DNA of 64,000 bases from positions 124,001-188,000 of the IMG/VR virus record IMGVR_UViG_3300027969_000039. One strand, 5' to 3'. The notes below the pieces were generated by a model. It searched no databases. It was given only the letters and a program-made list of their open reading frames with translations, and was not told the DNA's origin. Made by a program: the position numbers and the translations under genes. Below are positions 10,214 through 19,329 of the stretch, one piece after another (positions within the stretch are counted from its first letter, which is position 1; the number at the start of each line of letters is the position of its first letter).

Positions 10214-10634
10214 CTAACCCACTACTTTCTAGGAATTGTATTCCTGACGTATCTCTATATGTATCTCGGTAGTATAAGCTATTGATACCACTCTGATATA
10301 TTAGTTTAGCACAATTGATGCATGGCGCATGTGTGCAGAACATAGTCGCACCCTCGCTAGATTCTGTGCTTGCGGACACTTTAGCAATTGCGTTTGTTTC
10401 TGCATGTAATACTTCTTGCTTGGTTACAAGCCGCTTTACAAACTTCTCATCCAATTCAACTACCTCAACTGTCTCACAAGTATTATCCCATCCACTTGGC
10501 ATACCATTGTAACCTGTAGCAAGTATCTTGTTACCCTTGACAATGACAGAACCAACTTGCAATCGTTTAGCATAACTCAATGTGCTAGTGAGTTCTGCTA
10601 CCTTCATGTAATAATCAATAAATTTTTGTTTCAT
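10185..10634 (-). CDS. dCMP deaminase (cytidine/deoxycytidylate deaminase family)
   Basis: TGYNG, HAE and PCxxC zinc motifs. Confidence 0.9.
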   Translation of the reverse strand: MKQKFIDYYMKVAELTSTLSYAKRLQVGSVIVKGNKILATGYNGMPSGWDNTCETVEVVELDEKFVKRLVTKQEVLHAETNAIAKVSASTESSEGATMFCTHAPCINCAKLIYQSGINSLYYRDTYRDTSGIQFLESSGLVVTKYETQS

Positions 10635-11095
10635 TCTGATTCAACCTCAATCCAAGTATGATCTCCTAACCATTTAACAGCAGCAATATATTCATAACTT
10701 TCTGGAGCACTAGCACTCCAACCATTTGGTCCTGTTTTAGCTAATATCGTTTTCTTCTTTTCTCTTTCAAATACTAACCAATATGTTTGCCCATGGTAAG
10801 TTTGGAACTGATATTCAGCAGCGTGTACTGCGTCGGTTATTTCTAATCTGCGTTTAATCTGTCGTGCTTGTTTTTCTAATACACTAACCAATTCCATAAT
10901 ACGATTGTATTCTTGCTCGGCATGCATTCTGCCAACGTTGAGCATTATATCTTTTTGTTTTTCAACCGGGACTAAATCAAATTTAACACCGCCTGCTTCA
11001 GTTGGGTATGGGGTAATGTTTCTATTAAAGAAGGGCACAAGCGTATTGCCTGTGGTTATATCAAAACTATTTCTTCCTTTAAGTTTGTTACTCAT
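10631..11095 (-). CDS. DUF2452-like protein
   Basis: YP motif, coiled coil, G-x-TY-x-L and C-terminal D.TW pattern recalled for this family. Confidence 0.45.
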   Translation of the reverse strand: MSNKLKGRNSFDITTGNTLVPFFNRNITPYPTEAGGVKFDLVPVEKQKDIMLNVGRMHAEQEYNRIMELVSVLEKQARQIKRRLEITDAVHAAEYQFQTYHGQTYWLVFEREKKKTILAKTGPNGWSASAPESYEYIAAVKWLGDHTWIEVESE

Positions 11096-11328
11096 TTTAC
11101 ATAGAATGTTTTGATATGTTCTCTAGCTGACCTGTTGTTTAATATACTTAGTACATAATTTGTCTGATTATATTTTTCACAAAATGCTTCACCTAATTTA
11201 GTATTACCTTTGAGTTCTTCAAATAGAAAATTCTTACAAAAATCATCAAATTCTTCTTGGGTGATATAGAAGCCTTCAGCTTTGCCCGGAAAATACGATA
11301 CTAATTCTTTTGCCATCTGTTCAAACAT
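11092..11328 (-). CDS. Hypothetical protein (likely start MFEQMAKE)
   Basis: Start chosen immediately after the upstream stop. Confidence 0.6.
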   Translation of the reverse strand: MFEQMAKELVSYFPGKAEGFYITQEEFDDFCKNFLFEELKGNTKLGEAFCEKYNQTNYVLSILNNRSAREHIKTFYVK

Positions 11329-11329
11329 A

Positions 11330-11863
11330 TCAATCCCACATGCTACGAAAATACTTACCGAACAGTTCCAAACCTTCTTGTATCCGTTCATCGTGTTTCA
11401 TGTGCCCGACATGGTCATACCAGTGTGCATCAGGATTCTTATCTACCATTTTGTATGTTGCTTCCAACACACCAGTAACTGGATTAGGATATTGTTTATC
11501 GGTCTTTACCCAATCATATTTAGGTTCGCCATGATGATATTGATCATCATAATCAGCTTTGAGTAGTTGCTCAAAAGACCATATCATCTTGTCTAGTGTT
11601 TCATCCCATTTTTCTAGTCCTGCTTTCCAAGCATCATCGTATGACTCTTGGTAAAACTCAAAACTATCTTGACTGCTAGAGGATCCATCATCAGCAAATT
11701 CATTTGGTACACCTTGCTTAGTTGCTTTAAGTTGCAGTAATGCTGGGTATATGATTAGTGCTAGAGTATGGTCCAATCCCCAAGTATCGTATGTATCAAT
11801 TTGTACATCAATCTTTCTACGGGTCTTGTTATTCTTTGGATATTTGCCTATGTTTATTTTCAT
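11330..11863 (-). CDS. Conserved phage hypothetical protein
   Basis: DTWGLDHTLALII...GLELFGKYFRSMWD pattern common in large myoviruses. Confidence 0.7.
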   Translation of the reverse strand: MKINIGKYPKNNKTRRKIDVQIDTYDTWGLDHTLALIIYPALLQLKATKQGVPNEFADDGSSSSQDSFEFYQESYDDAWKAGLEKWDETLDKMIWSFEQLLKADYDDQYHHGEPKYDWVKTDKQYPNPVTGVLEATYKMVDKNPDAHWYDHVGHMKHDERIQEGLELFGKYFRSMWD

Positions 11864-11865
11864 GT

Positions 11866-12060
11866 TTAGCAGTCAATATCTACATTACGACCTTTTGGTA
11901 AACTCAATCTCTTATTGCGTTGGATGCGTGTTTCTTCCATAGCAGCAGTTTCAAGTGCTTTTAAATGATGCTTGTGATTTTCTTGTTGATATTGTTTGAT
12001 AGCCGCAAGGTGACGAACTTGAAAAGCCTTTTCTTGTTCCGTTACCTTGTTTACCTTCAT
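11866..12060 (-). CDS. Hypothetical protein
   Basis: Start overlaps upstream stop; ends KGRNVDIDC. Confidence 0.55.
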   Translation of the reverse strand: MKVNKVTEQEKAFQVRHLAAIKQYQQENHKHHLKALETAAMEETRIQRNKRLSLPKGRNVDIDC

Positions 12061-12407
12061 AATGTTGTTTTTACTTCCCCGTCGACAAACCAAACTATTT
12101 CTTCATCATAAGTAACACCTGCAATCTCTGTTTTGCCTTTTGCAATTAATGCAAGTTCTTCCAATGATTTACCTTGACCAATAAATTGATTACTGGTATG
12201 CTCATATAGATAAAGTAATTCATTAATATTTTCAATGAAATATTTCTTAACTTGGATTACTTCAACCTTTTCCTCTTCCTCAAAATCTACCCCGGCTTCT
12301 TCTAATGCTTTCTGTAGACGATATAGTGTATATCTTGTACCAAAAAAAGCTCCTGCTAAAAATATAGACAATGACTGGAGTAGATAAATGATTGTAGAGT
12401 ATTCCAT
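12057..12407 (-). CDS. Membrane-anchored hypothetical protein
   Basis: N-terminal TM; FIGQGKSLEEL motif. Confidence 0.65.
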   Translation of the reverse strand: MEYSTIIYLLQSLSIFLAGAFFGTRYTLYRLQKALEEAGVDFEEEEKVEVIQVKKYFIENINELLYLYEHTSNQFIGQGKSLEELALIAKGKTEIAGVTYDEEIVWFVDGEVKTTL

Positions 12408-12411
12408 AGTA

Positions 12412-12693
12412 TTATTTATTAATAGTTAAATTAGACCATTTTTTCAACTTGTGAAACTTATTTAGTTTAGCTTCTTTAATTCCTTCAACAGTGACACCAA
12501 CATTCATATCTGTCAACAGTTCTACCATTGCAAACAAGTCACCAATTTCTTCTTCAAGCATATTTATGTTAGTTCTGTTTTTACCCGGTTTCATTTGATC
12601 GGGTCCAAAACGCATACACTTACTAACTGCTTGTGTGACCTCTGCACATTCCTCTTGTAATATTAGTAATAATTCTTTTGTTTGTTCGTTCAT
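12412..12693 (-). CDS. MazG-like NTP pyrophosphohydrolase
   Basis: LQEECAEV...KxxRFG...EEEIGDL. Confidence 0.8.
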   Translation of the reverse strand: MNEQTKELLLILQEECAEVTQAVSKCMRFGPDQMKPGKNRTNINMLEEEIGDLFAMVELLTDMNVGVTVEGIKEAKLNKFHKLKKWSNLTINK

Positions 12694-12911
12694 TACTTGT
12701 TCCATTGTGTATTCAGTATAGAAACAACATAATCAGTTGATTCAGATACTTCCCATGTTCCATGTGGTGGACAGAAAACAAAAGTAACATTCTCTGTTTC
12801 TCCAGTTTCTCTGAGTACAGGTGATGTATGAATTGATTGAATCAAATCACTATTAAGTGCTATCTGCGTTCCACGATAAGCTGGGTTTGCGTTTGTTAGT
12901 ATAATGTACAT
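12693..12911 (-). CDS. Small protein, weakly FlbD-like
   Basis: LNSDLIQSI...VSES pattern. Confidence 0.4.
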   Translation of the reverse strand: MYIILTNANPAYRGTQIALNSDLIQSIHTSPVLRETGETENVTFVFCPPHGTWEVSESTDYVVSILNTQWNK

Positions 12912-12920
12912 TTTGTTTCC

Positions 12921-13379
12921 TTAGTTTGTTTTTGCGTTTTTTAAATATGTCTCGTTATGTATCCATTTGTTATTCGTAAAGAATCCCCAATCTCGTTGCT
13001 GAGGTCCCATAAAGAATAACGTAGTAGCAGGTTTGTTGTTATCCAGTTCAAGCCAATGATATTCATTTGACTTACGCATGATAATGCTTCCCGGGCCGCG
13101 CCATCTAATAAATTCAGCGAATTGCTCACCTTTACTATTAAATTGAGGGGTATGCTCATAGTAACCGCCACTAAGAATGATTGTCATAAAAGACCATGGA
13201 TGATCATGCATAATTGGATCATCAGACCTTACAATCTTATGTAGTGTGACATTGAAGGGGAACCATTTGCGGTCTTTGAGAAAGACATAGTAACGGTGCA
13301 TATAGTCTGCGCCAGTTCTACGATCTGGAATTAACCTGTATCGACCTAGTTTGTTCATAACCTTATGAAATATGTTCAT
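12921..13379 (-). CDS. Cupin-like protein
   Basis: HDHPW...GGYYE...H...TLF...WGF. Confidence 0.7.
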   Translation of the reverse strand: MNIFHKVMNKLGRYRLIPDRRTGADYMHRYYVFLKDRKWFPFNVTLHKIVRSDDPIMHDHPWSFMTIILSGGYYEHTPQFNSKGEQFAEFIRWRGPGSIIMRKSNEYHWLELDNNKPATTLFFMGPQQRDWGFFTNNKWIHNETYLKNAKTN

Positions 13380-13402
13380 GTAACTCCTAGTATAAAATAA
13401 TT

Positions 13403-13423
13403 AACGGGCTTGAGGTGCCCGTT
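13403..13423 (-). terminator. Hairpin, likely intrinsic terminator
   Basis: aacgggc/gcccgtt stem followed by a T-rich tract on the minus strand. Confidence 0.5.
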
Positions 13424-13441
13424 GAACCTAGCTAGTCAATA

Positions 13442-13699
13442 TTAGACTAGACCAAGAGCCAAAGCCTTGTAACCAGCAGCTACAACTTCACGGCTAGGAC
13501 GACCCAAACGGTACTTAGTAGAAGTACGACCTTTAGTGTCGGTGTGCTTGTTAGCATATACAGCAAAACCTGCATAACGCAAATCGCTAACAGTAGCGGT
13601 TGGGTTCTTCACGCCAAAACGTGCAGCAATTTGTTTTGCGGTGAGTTGCTCACCTTTTTGTAGTGCCTCTAAGACACGGGCTTGTTTAGTTAAAGTCAT
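13442..13699 (-). CDS. Winged-HTH DNA-binding protein
   Basis: VLEALQKGEQLTAKQIAARFGV...VSDLR; likely start MTLTKQ with AAGG RBS. Confidence 0.7.
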   Translation of the reverse strand: MTLTKQARVLEALQKGEQLTAKQIAARFGVKNPTATVSDLRYAGFAVYANKHTDTKGRTSTKYRLGRPSREVVAAGYKALALGLV

Positions 13700-13800
13700 T
13701 TTGTTTTCCTTATTAAATGATTCATCGTTGTTACGATGTACTACAATTATACGATAATATCTATTCTTATACAAGAAGTATTGGACATATTGTTGCATAT

Positions 13801-14643
13801 TTAAATGTCCAAAAACAATGTCTGAAACACATCGGCTTGACTATCATGTCCTGCATAACCTCGAGGATTGCAAACCACGCGGGTCGTACCAACCATGTAG
13901 TCACTAGGATCATGCATATGACCGTGAGTCCAAAGAACAATCTGTGGATGATCCAAGATAAATTCGCTCAAGTCGCTAGCATATCCACCGTTCATCAATT
14001 GATCATTGCGATAGCGTTCATGTATGCTATTCAATGTAGGTGCATGATGCCCTACAACAACAACTTTGTTATCTTTTCTATCAGCCAATACTGTTTTAAA
14101 ATAAGCTACTGTTCTTTGATGGCGATGCATTGCGTGAGCAGGACGCAACTTAGTAAAGCCGAGTTCATCATTACGAATGATTCTAAAGTCATTCATCATA
14201 TCACCCAATGCATGTAATGTAAGAGGATCACCTTTGTTACAGTCAGTCCACAATGTTGCACCAATGAATGTTACATCATCAATGACCTTAAGTTCTTGCT
14301 CAAGGAAATAGATGTTTGGAAACTTACTATATTCATCACGCAGGTACTGGATACTGGCTTTCCAATTACCATGATAAAATTCGTGATTGCCTGCAATTAC
14401 CACAACATGCGGGAATTGAAAACTACAACGTTTCATAAAGTCACGGAATCGTTGTGCTGATGCTTGTCTGCGACCTAAGTTAGGGATGTTCACCGGGTCC
14501 ATTGGATGCACCTCAGGATGGTTGTGCAGGTCCTCAGCGACAAGAATATCGCCGGACAATATCAATACATCAGCATTCTCTGTATTCTGAATGTTGATAT
14601 CTTGGAACTCTAAGTGCAGGTCACTGCACAATGCTATTTTCAT
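13801..14643 (-). CDS. Calcineurin-like metallophosphoesterase
   Basis: SDLH, GDI, GNHE, HGHxH motifs. Confidence 0.9.
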   Translation of the reverse strand: MKIALCSDLHLEFQDINIQNTENADVLILSGDILVAEDLHNHPEVHPMDPVNIPNLGRRQASAQRFRDFMKRCSFQFPHVVVIAGNHEFYHGNWKASIQYLRDEYSKFPNIYFLEQELKVIDDVTFIGATLWTDCNKGDPLTLHALGDMMNDFRIIRNDELGFTKLRPAHAMHRHQRTVAYFKTVLADRKDNKVVVVGHHAPTLNSIHERYRNDQLMNGGYASDLSEFILDHPQIVLWTHGHMHDPSDYMVGTTRVVCNPRGYAGHDSQADVFQTLFLDI

Positions 14644-15008
14644 TTTAATGCTTTTTTCATTTGTTTATCGTTCATATAAACATCATATGTGTTTGGCCCA
14701 GTTTGATGTAATGCTAACAAGTCTGATTGACTTATTGATGTTCCCACAACGCTAGCCTTTTTCCCTACGGGAACATTTTCATTTTCCTCGTGTGTAATAT
14801 TTAGTTCCATAGGCTCACCTGTTTCATCTACTGCCATAGAATTCAGTAGATAGTCATCTTCATCTAGTTCCATGATTAACCCACTCATGTACTTTTTATC
14901 ATGCGGGTTATGAACATCAAAAATTTCTAGCCCGTAGTATTCTGGGAAGCGAGAAATCAATGTTGCGCCATTCCGTTTCAATTCTAGTATGCGATCAAAT
15001 CCGTTCAT
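14640..15008 (-). CDS. Hypothetical protein
   Basis: ORF downstream of a sigma70-type promoter. Confidence 0.6.
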   Translation of the reverse strand: MNGFDRILELKRNGATLISRFPEYYGLEIFDVHNPHDKKYMSGLIMELDEDDYLLNSMAVDETGEPMELNITHEENENVPVGKKASVVGTSISQSDLLALHQTGPNTYDVYMNDKQMKKALK

Positions 15009-15035
15009 AATCTATTCCTAAGTAATTAAAATAGT

Positions 15036-15064
15036 AGTATACACTAAGTTTGATTTATAGTCAA
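15036..15064 (-). promoter_or_regulatory. Sigma70-type early promoter TTGACT-17-TATACT
   Basis: Hexamers at 15059-15064 and 15036-15041, 17-nt spacer. Confidence 0.7.
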
Positions 15065-15066
15065 TC

Positions 15067-15333
15067 TTATTTTGTTAACAATTCTATTAATTTCTTTTGG
15101 GTGATAACCTCGTGAACACCCTTTACTTCTTTTACTATCATTTCCATCTCAACGATTTCCCAATCAGATATTTTGTGACTCTGATGTTGGTTTGACATAA
15201 CAACTGTCAGGAATGATCGTAAGCCTCCAATCTTTTGAAAGATTCGTCCAATATTATCATAGTGATTATGATATGGAGTACCACTTACAAACATCGCTGG
15301 GTTGTCTTTACTTCTAATCTTGTAATAAATCAT
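15067..15333 (-). CDS. Hypothetical protein
   Basis: Likely start MIYYKIRS. Confidence 0.6.
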   Translation of the reverse strand: MIYYKIRSKDNPAMFVSGTPYHNHYDNIGRIFQKIGGLRSFLTVVMSNQHQSHKISDWEIVEMEMIVKEVKGVHEVITQKKLIELLTK

Positions 15334-15338
15334 TACAT

Positions 15339-15584
15339 TTAACCGTGTTTTAAAACAAACCATACCTCATCACTATTAGTATTAATTCGTATTTCAGTCA
15401 AAGTACGGTATTCACCACTAAATATGAATTCTGTATCGTAATTAAATTTGCTCTTTAAAAATTTTTTGATATTGGTATGATACTCAACTGTACTTTCAGG
15501 GTTTGTTACTGGTCCGATTAATTTATAAAATGCATTTGTAACATTTTCATTTTTGGTAGGCCTAACCATGTCAATTATAATCAT
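15339..15584 (-). CDS. Hypothetical protein
   Basis: Start overlaps upstream stop; ends WFVLKHG. Confidence 0.55.
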   Translation of the reverse strand: MIIIDMVRPTKNENVTNAFYKLIGPVTNPESTVEYHTNIKKFLKSKFNYDTEFIFSGEYRTLTEIRINTNSDEVWFVLKHG

Positions 15585-15913
15585 ACTAATTCTGCTATAT
15601 GTTTGCAAGTGCCACGGAATGTATATCCAGGGCAGGTGCATGACTTTTCTTCTGTGTCAATAGAGTACACCTGACCCTTGCTACCGGACACTTTGATAAT
15701 TGTACTCTTTTCTTTAACCTTTTTAAAGGGATTTGGGTTAAGTGCTACAAACTTACGACCACGCTTGTCAATAGTCAGTGGTGTTTTGAAATAGAGTGGC
15801 GTAGTAGAACCCTGCTTGATGTATGCAAGCACCTTGGTACCATCAAGCAAATATTTATGATTGGGCTGAACATCTCCCGACCATACTGTTGTTTCTACTA
15901 CTGCTTCCATCAT
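15581..15913 (-). CDS. SWIM zinc-finger protein
   Basis: CTCPGYTFRGTCKH. Confidence 0.8.
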   Translation of the reverse strand: MMEAVVETTVWSGDVQPNHKYLLDGTKVLAYIKQGSTTPLYFKTPLTIDKRGRKFVALNPNPFKKVKEKSTIIKVSGSKGQVYSIDTEEKSCTCPGYTFRGTCKHIAELV

Positions 15914-16116
15914 TAAACCTTAAACAAATCGTTGAGTGAAGTCCACGGAACAGTGGAATAGTTACTATCATAACTATCATTCACCAGTCGATACTTACGG
16001 CCCATGGATTTTATATACTCGCCCTGACCGTCAGTATAAACCCGTCGCATTTCTGTATAGGTGTTTTTCACAACTCCGTCCAGTAGCGCACGACAGGTAA
16101 TTTTACGCTTGTTCAT
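15913..16116 (-). CDS. Hypothetical protein
   Basis: GGAG RBS, operon context. Confidence 0.6.
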   Translation of the reverse strand: MNKRKITCRALLDGVVKNTYTEMRRVYTDGQGEYIKSMGRKYRLVNDSYDSNYSTVPWTSLNDLFKV

Positions 16117-16262
16117 TTTTCAACTCCGTACTTGGCAAGTTCCTCGAAGGTGTTGATGGTGCCATCTTCAATCAATGCAATCAAACAATCAAACTCGTCA
16201 CGATCACTAGAGCCAAACTCGTCTTCCTGCTCGTAAGCTAGGGCTAGTAGTTGTTCTTTCAT
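16113..16262 (-). CDS. 49-aa acidic protein (MKEQLLALAYEQEDEFG...), not in ORF track
   Basis: Manual translation; fills the gap with TAATG/ATGA overlaps on both sides. Confidence 0.7.
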   Translation of the reverse strand: MKEQLLALAYEQEDEFGSSDRDEFDCLIALIEDGTINTFEELAKYGVEK

Positions 16263-16729
16263 TATGCAGTCACCTTAGCCAATTGCTCAGCCAATACATA
16301 CAATTGTCCAGGCACCATTGAATCATGGCTACGATTAACACCAACATACCACACACCATCACACATAATGTAATAGTATTCGCAATCATATTCCTTGCTC
16401 AAAAATTCGGCATACGATTGGTCCACTGTGAATTCAACATTTTTATCGCCGCGATCACGACCATAGAATGTAGTCATCTTGCCGTACAATTCGGCATACT
16501 TTTCATGGGAGATGTTAGGGATAACATCGCAACCGCTGAAGGGATGTTTTTCACCGATTTCTTCTTTAAGACTAGAGATAAAACCAAGAGCAACCAGATG
16601 ATTTGCCTTAGCACTATCATAGTGGTCCTGCAGGATACGACCATTGTGTTCCAGATAACCATCCCAGTGACAGTAAACGCTTTTCAGTTTCTCACCATGC
16701 ATGACACCGATTCGTGAACGTGTACCCAT
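16262..16729 (-). CDS. Conserved early phage protein
   Basis: MGTRSRIG...VYCHWDGY pattern; AGGAG RBS. Confidence 0.75.
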   Translation of the reverse strand: MGTRSRIGVMHGEKLKSVYCHWDGYLEHNGRILQDHYDSAKANHLVALGFISSLKEEIGEKHPFSGCDVIPNISHEKYAELYGKMTTFYGRDRGDKNVEFTVDQSYAEFLSKEYDCEYYYIMCDGVWYVGVNRSHDSMVPGQLYVLAEQLAKVTA

Positions 16730-16762
16730 TTGAAACTCCTGTTGTTAACTGATTAAGACTCT

Positions 16763-16791
16763 ATTATATACCCGAATCCATTTATTGTCAA
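16763..16791 (-). promoter_or_regulatory. Early promoter TTGACA-17-TATAAT (repeat copy)
   Basis: Perfect consensus hexamers and spacing. Confidence 0.9.
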
Positions 16792-16794
16792 CTA

Positions 16795-17112
16795 TTAAGA
16801 TCCAGTGTGCAACATTAGGACTTCAGGGTTAGCAGTATTTTGCTCAAAAGCCTCGATAAAATTGTGATGTGTTTTGGACCGATTGAGCACCGCATTTGCT
16901 GCAACAAACAAAGCCGCATAAGTAAGACCATTAATTTCCACAGTAATATCTTTGCCAAAGAAGTCTTTGTATGTCAAGAATTTGACACCTTCGTAGGGAT
17001 GACGGTCGCTAAGATTGTCAATCTCATAGATGGACCAAATAGCACTCAATCCCAACTCCTCACGAACGGTCTCGTAGTAGTCAAATTTAGTGTCAAATTC
17101 TGTATCTGTCAT
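16795..17112 (-). CDS. Early hypothetical protein
   Basis: Own promoter cassette, AAGGA RBS. Confidence 0.7.
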   Translation of the reverse strand: MTDTEFDTKFDYYETVREELGLSAIWSIYEIDNLSDRHPYEGVKFLTYKDFFGKDITVEINGLTYAALFVAANAVLNRSKTHHNFIEAFEQNTANPEVLMLHTGS

Positions 17113-17145
17113 TTTCAAGTCCTTTAATTAACTGTCTAAGTATGT

Positions 17146-17174
17146 ATTATATACCCAAAACCATTTAATGTCAA
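17146..17174 (-). promoter_or_regulatory. Early promoter TTGACA-17-TATAAT (repeat copy)
   Basis: Perfect consensus; about 55 bp nearly identical to 17457-17513. Confidence 0.9.
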
Positions 17175-17176
17175 CC

Positions 17177-17449
17177 TTAAACTAGGTCCACTTGAATCTG
17201 TTTACCGCGGATAGTAGTGCCAAGTCCAGTTGGGATAGCTTTGCGGTGTGCTTTAGCCAAGTATCGCTCAGCCGCTAGCATTTCCATCGCATCCCAGCAC
17301 AATACGCGGGCGTTAGTGGTAGCAAACATTTCGGTCATTTGCTGGACTGTCATGTACATGCCAATGTCGTTCTCGGAGCCATCGCCCTTGAAAATCACAC
17401 GGAATTTTTGAGAATTTTTCAAACCTTCAATGATAGTCTTTGTACGCAT
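17177..17449 (-). CDS. Early hypothetical protein
   Basis: Own promoter cassette, AAGGA RBS. Confidence 0.7.
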   Translation of the reverse strand: MRTKTIIEGLKNSQKFRVIFKGDGSENDIGMYMTVQQMTEMFATTNARVLCWDAMEMLAAERYLAKAHRKAIPTGLGTTIRGKQIQVDLV

Positions 17450-17482
17450 TTTCTTGTCCTTTAATTAACTGTCTAAGTATGT

Positions 17483-17511
17483 ATTATATACCCAAAACCA
17501 TTTGTTGTCAA
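17483..17511 (-). promoter_or_regulatory. Early promoter TTGACA-17-TATAAT (repeat copy)
   Basis: Perfect consensus. Confidence 0.9.
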
Positions 17512-17514
17512 CCT

Positions 17515-17610
17515 TTAGGGTTTCATCATAAACGCAAAGTAATAGAAAAACGGGCCAAACATCACCGAAGTGATGATGGCCGCTTGAAGTAGTTCAATTA
17601 AGTATTTCAT
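17515..17610 (-). CDS. 31-aa hydrophobic peptide MKYLIELLQAAIITSVMFGPFFYYFAFMMKP, not in ORF track
   Basis: Fills the gap between two promoters; ATG 6 nt downstream of the -10 box. Confidence 0.6.
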   Translation of the reverse strand: MKYLIELLQAAIITSVMFGPFFYYFAFMMKP

Positions 17611-17616
17611 GTTGTA

Positions 17617-17645
17617 AGTATAGCACAAAACCCATTTATTGTCAA
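17617..17645 (-). promoter_or_regulatory. Early promoter TTGACA-17-TATACT
   Basis: Variant of the repeated cassette. Confidence 0.8.
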
Positions 17646-18685
17646 CCGTAAGTTATATAGTCTCTTATATTGATTTTTCTTAAGGAATCTTGTTTTTTGA
17701 CAAAATTATCAAAATCAGTTTGATTGTCATTCCCACTAGCAATTAAGTTAGAGTAATGATTCAAAGTTGAATTTTCTTCTTTGGTAAATTTTTCTCTAGC
17801 TGCCAAAGTAAATGAATTTACACTAGTTATCAAAAGTTCTTTTTTGTCAGCTATGTTATTGAAACTATGACCTATATTATGTTCTTTCACAAAGTTTATA
17901 ATATTATCAAAATCATAAATATTCAATGCAGTAAGTGTGGTATATAAATTGATACTAACTGCTTCATAATTGCTTGCAAATTTTTTATATTTTTCTAATA
18001 CATCACAAAAAATATTCCACTTAGTGGGCCATCTCATATATTCTTGAACTTTTCCTACTCCATCTAGACTTATAGTAATTTGTATGGAGATACCTGTTTC
18101 AGCGATAGGAATTAACTCATCCATAAATGAGGTACAATTAGTATTAACTCTAATTGATTTTATATTTGGTGGCAAACTTTTTAATACTTCTTTTATATTT
18201 TTGCTATTGCTTGGTTCGCCACCAGTTAAGTCTAGTTGAGTTATTCTATCAATGGGCAATACTTTACTATTATAATAAGGAGTAGCATCTCTTATTTCAT
18301 AATTAGAAGATATTAAAGATGCTATCTTAGTACTAACATGCGGACTACAAAATTGACATGCAGTATTACAAATATTATCTAACATTAAATCTACTGTTAG
18401 ATAATCAATATCAGATTGCATTTTCATATCTTCGTTATAATACATCCTATCACTTTTTTGATTAATTTCTTCTTTTTCTTGGCACCGAACGCATTCTTTG
18501 GGAAATTTATTTTCTTTAAAAGTATTTTTTATATTTTTCATCCAGTTACTGTTTATCATTTCGCTATAACTAGAAAAAAAAGGTATATCGTTCATAACGC
18601 AACACCCACTGATCACTGCATTTGATCCAAACTCAACATAAGGTGGTGTAAGTTTAGCATAGTGATCAAGTCTAGCACAGTACAT
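17642..18685 (-). CDS. Radical SAM protein with N-terminal Cys-rich (twitch/SPASM-like) segment
   Basis: CNTACQFC, TGGEP, N-terminal C...CC...CxxC. Confidence 0.85.
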   Translation of the reverse strand: MYCARLDHYAKLTPPYVEFGSNAVISGCCVMNDIPFFSSYSEMINSNWMKNIKNTFKENKFPKECVRCQEKEEINQKSDRMYYNEDMKMQSDIDYLTVDLMLDNICNTACQFCSPHVSTKIASLISSNYEIRDATPYYNSKVLPIDRITQLDLTGGEPSNSKNIKEVLKSLPPNIKSIRVNTNCTSFMDELIPIAETGISIQITISLDGVGKVQEYMRWPTKWNIFCDVLEKYKKFASNYEAVSINLYTTLTALNIYDFDNIINFVKEHNIGHSFNNIADKKELLITSVNSFTLAAREKFTKEENSTLNHYSNLIASGNDNQTDFDNFVKKQDSLRKINIRDYITYG

Positions 18686-19272
18686 TACGGACGCTTTTTC
18701 AGTACAGAATCAGCTAATCCGTATGCTACTGCTTCGGTAGCACTCATAAAAAAGTCTCGTTCCATATCTTTAGCTAGTTCCTCGTATGTCTTACCAACAC
18801 TATTGTGGTCAACATAGATTTGTGTAAGACATTTTTTCATAGTTATAATTTCTCTGACTTGAATTTCCATGTCGGTAGCTTGACCTCGTGCGCCACCACT
18901 GGGCTGATGAATCATATGCCTTGCGTTGGGCAACATATAACGCTTACCTTTTGCTCCCGCTTGTGCAAGCAAACTACCCATACTACATGCTTGACCCATG
19001 ACGATGGTCATAACATCAGGCTTAATGAATTGCATACAATCGTAGATTGCCATACCAGCAGTTACACTACCACCTGGGCTATTGATGTAAACACTAATAT
19101 CCTTCTCGCCTTCGCTTTCTAAGTAAAGCAATTGGGCAACGACTAGATTTGCCATTTGATCGTGTACTTCGCCCTCAAGCAAAATAACACGGTCACGCAA
19201 CATGCGGCTGTATATATCATAACTACGCTCACCTTTGCTTGTTTGTTCTAAAACCATTGGGACTAAACTCAT
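18685..19272 (-). CDS. clpP: ATP-dependent Clp protease proteolytic subunit
   Basis: [31 protein letters not shown] (catalytic Ser), MIHQP, GQATD, ERDFFM. Confidence 0.97.
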   Translation of the reverse strand: MSLVPMVLEQTSKGERSYDIYSRMLRDRVILLEGEVHDQMANLVVAQLLYLESEGEKDISVYINSPGGSVTAGMAIYDCMQFIKPDVMTIVMGQACSMGSLLAQAGAKGKRYMLPNARHMIHQPSGGARGQATDMEIQVREIITMKKCLTQIYVDHNSVGKTYEELAKDMERDFFMSATEAVAYGLADSVLKKRP

Positions 19273-19329
19273 ATACTTCCTTAAAATTAAAAGTATAACA
19301 GAAAGATTAGCTAGTTGCAACTATATTGG

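Noticed and set aside
16745-17647. CRISPR array
   Set aside because: The repeats are sigma70 promoters separated by whole genes of 100-330 bp; no cas genes
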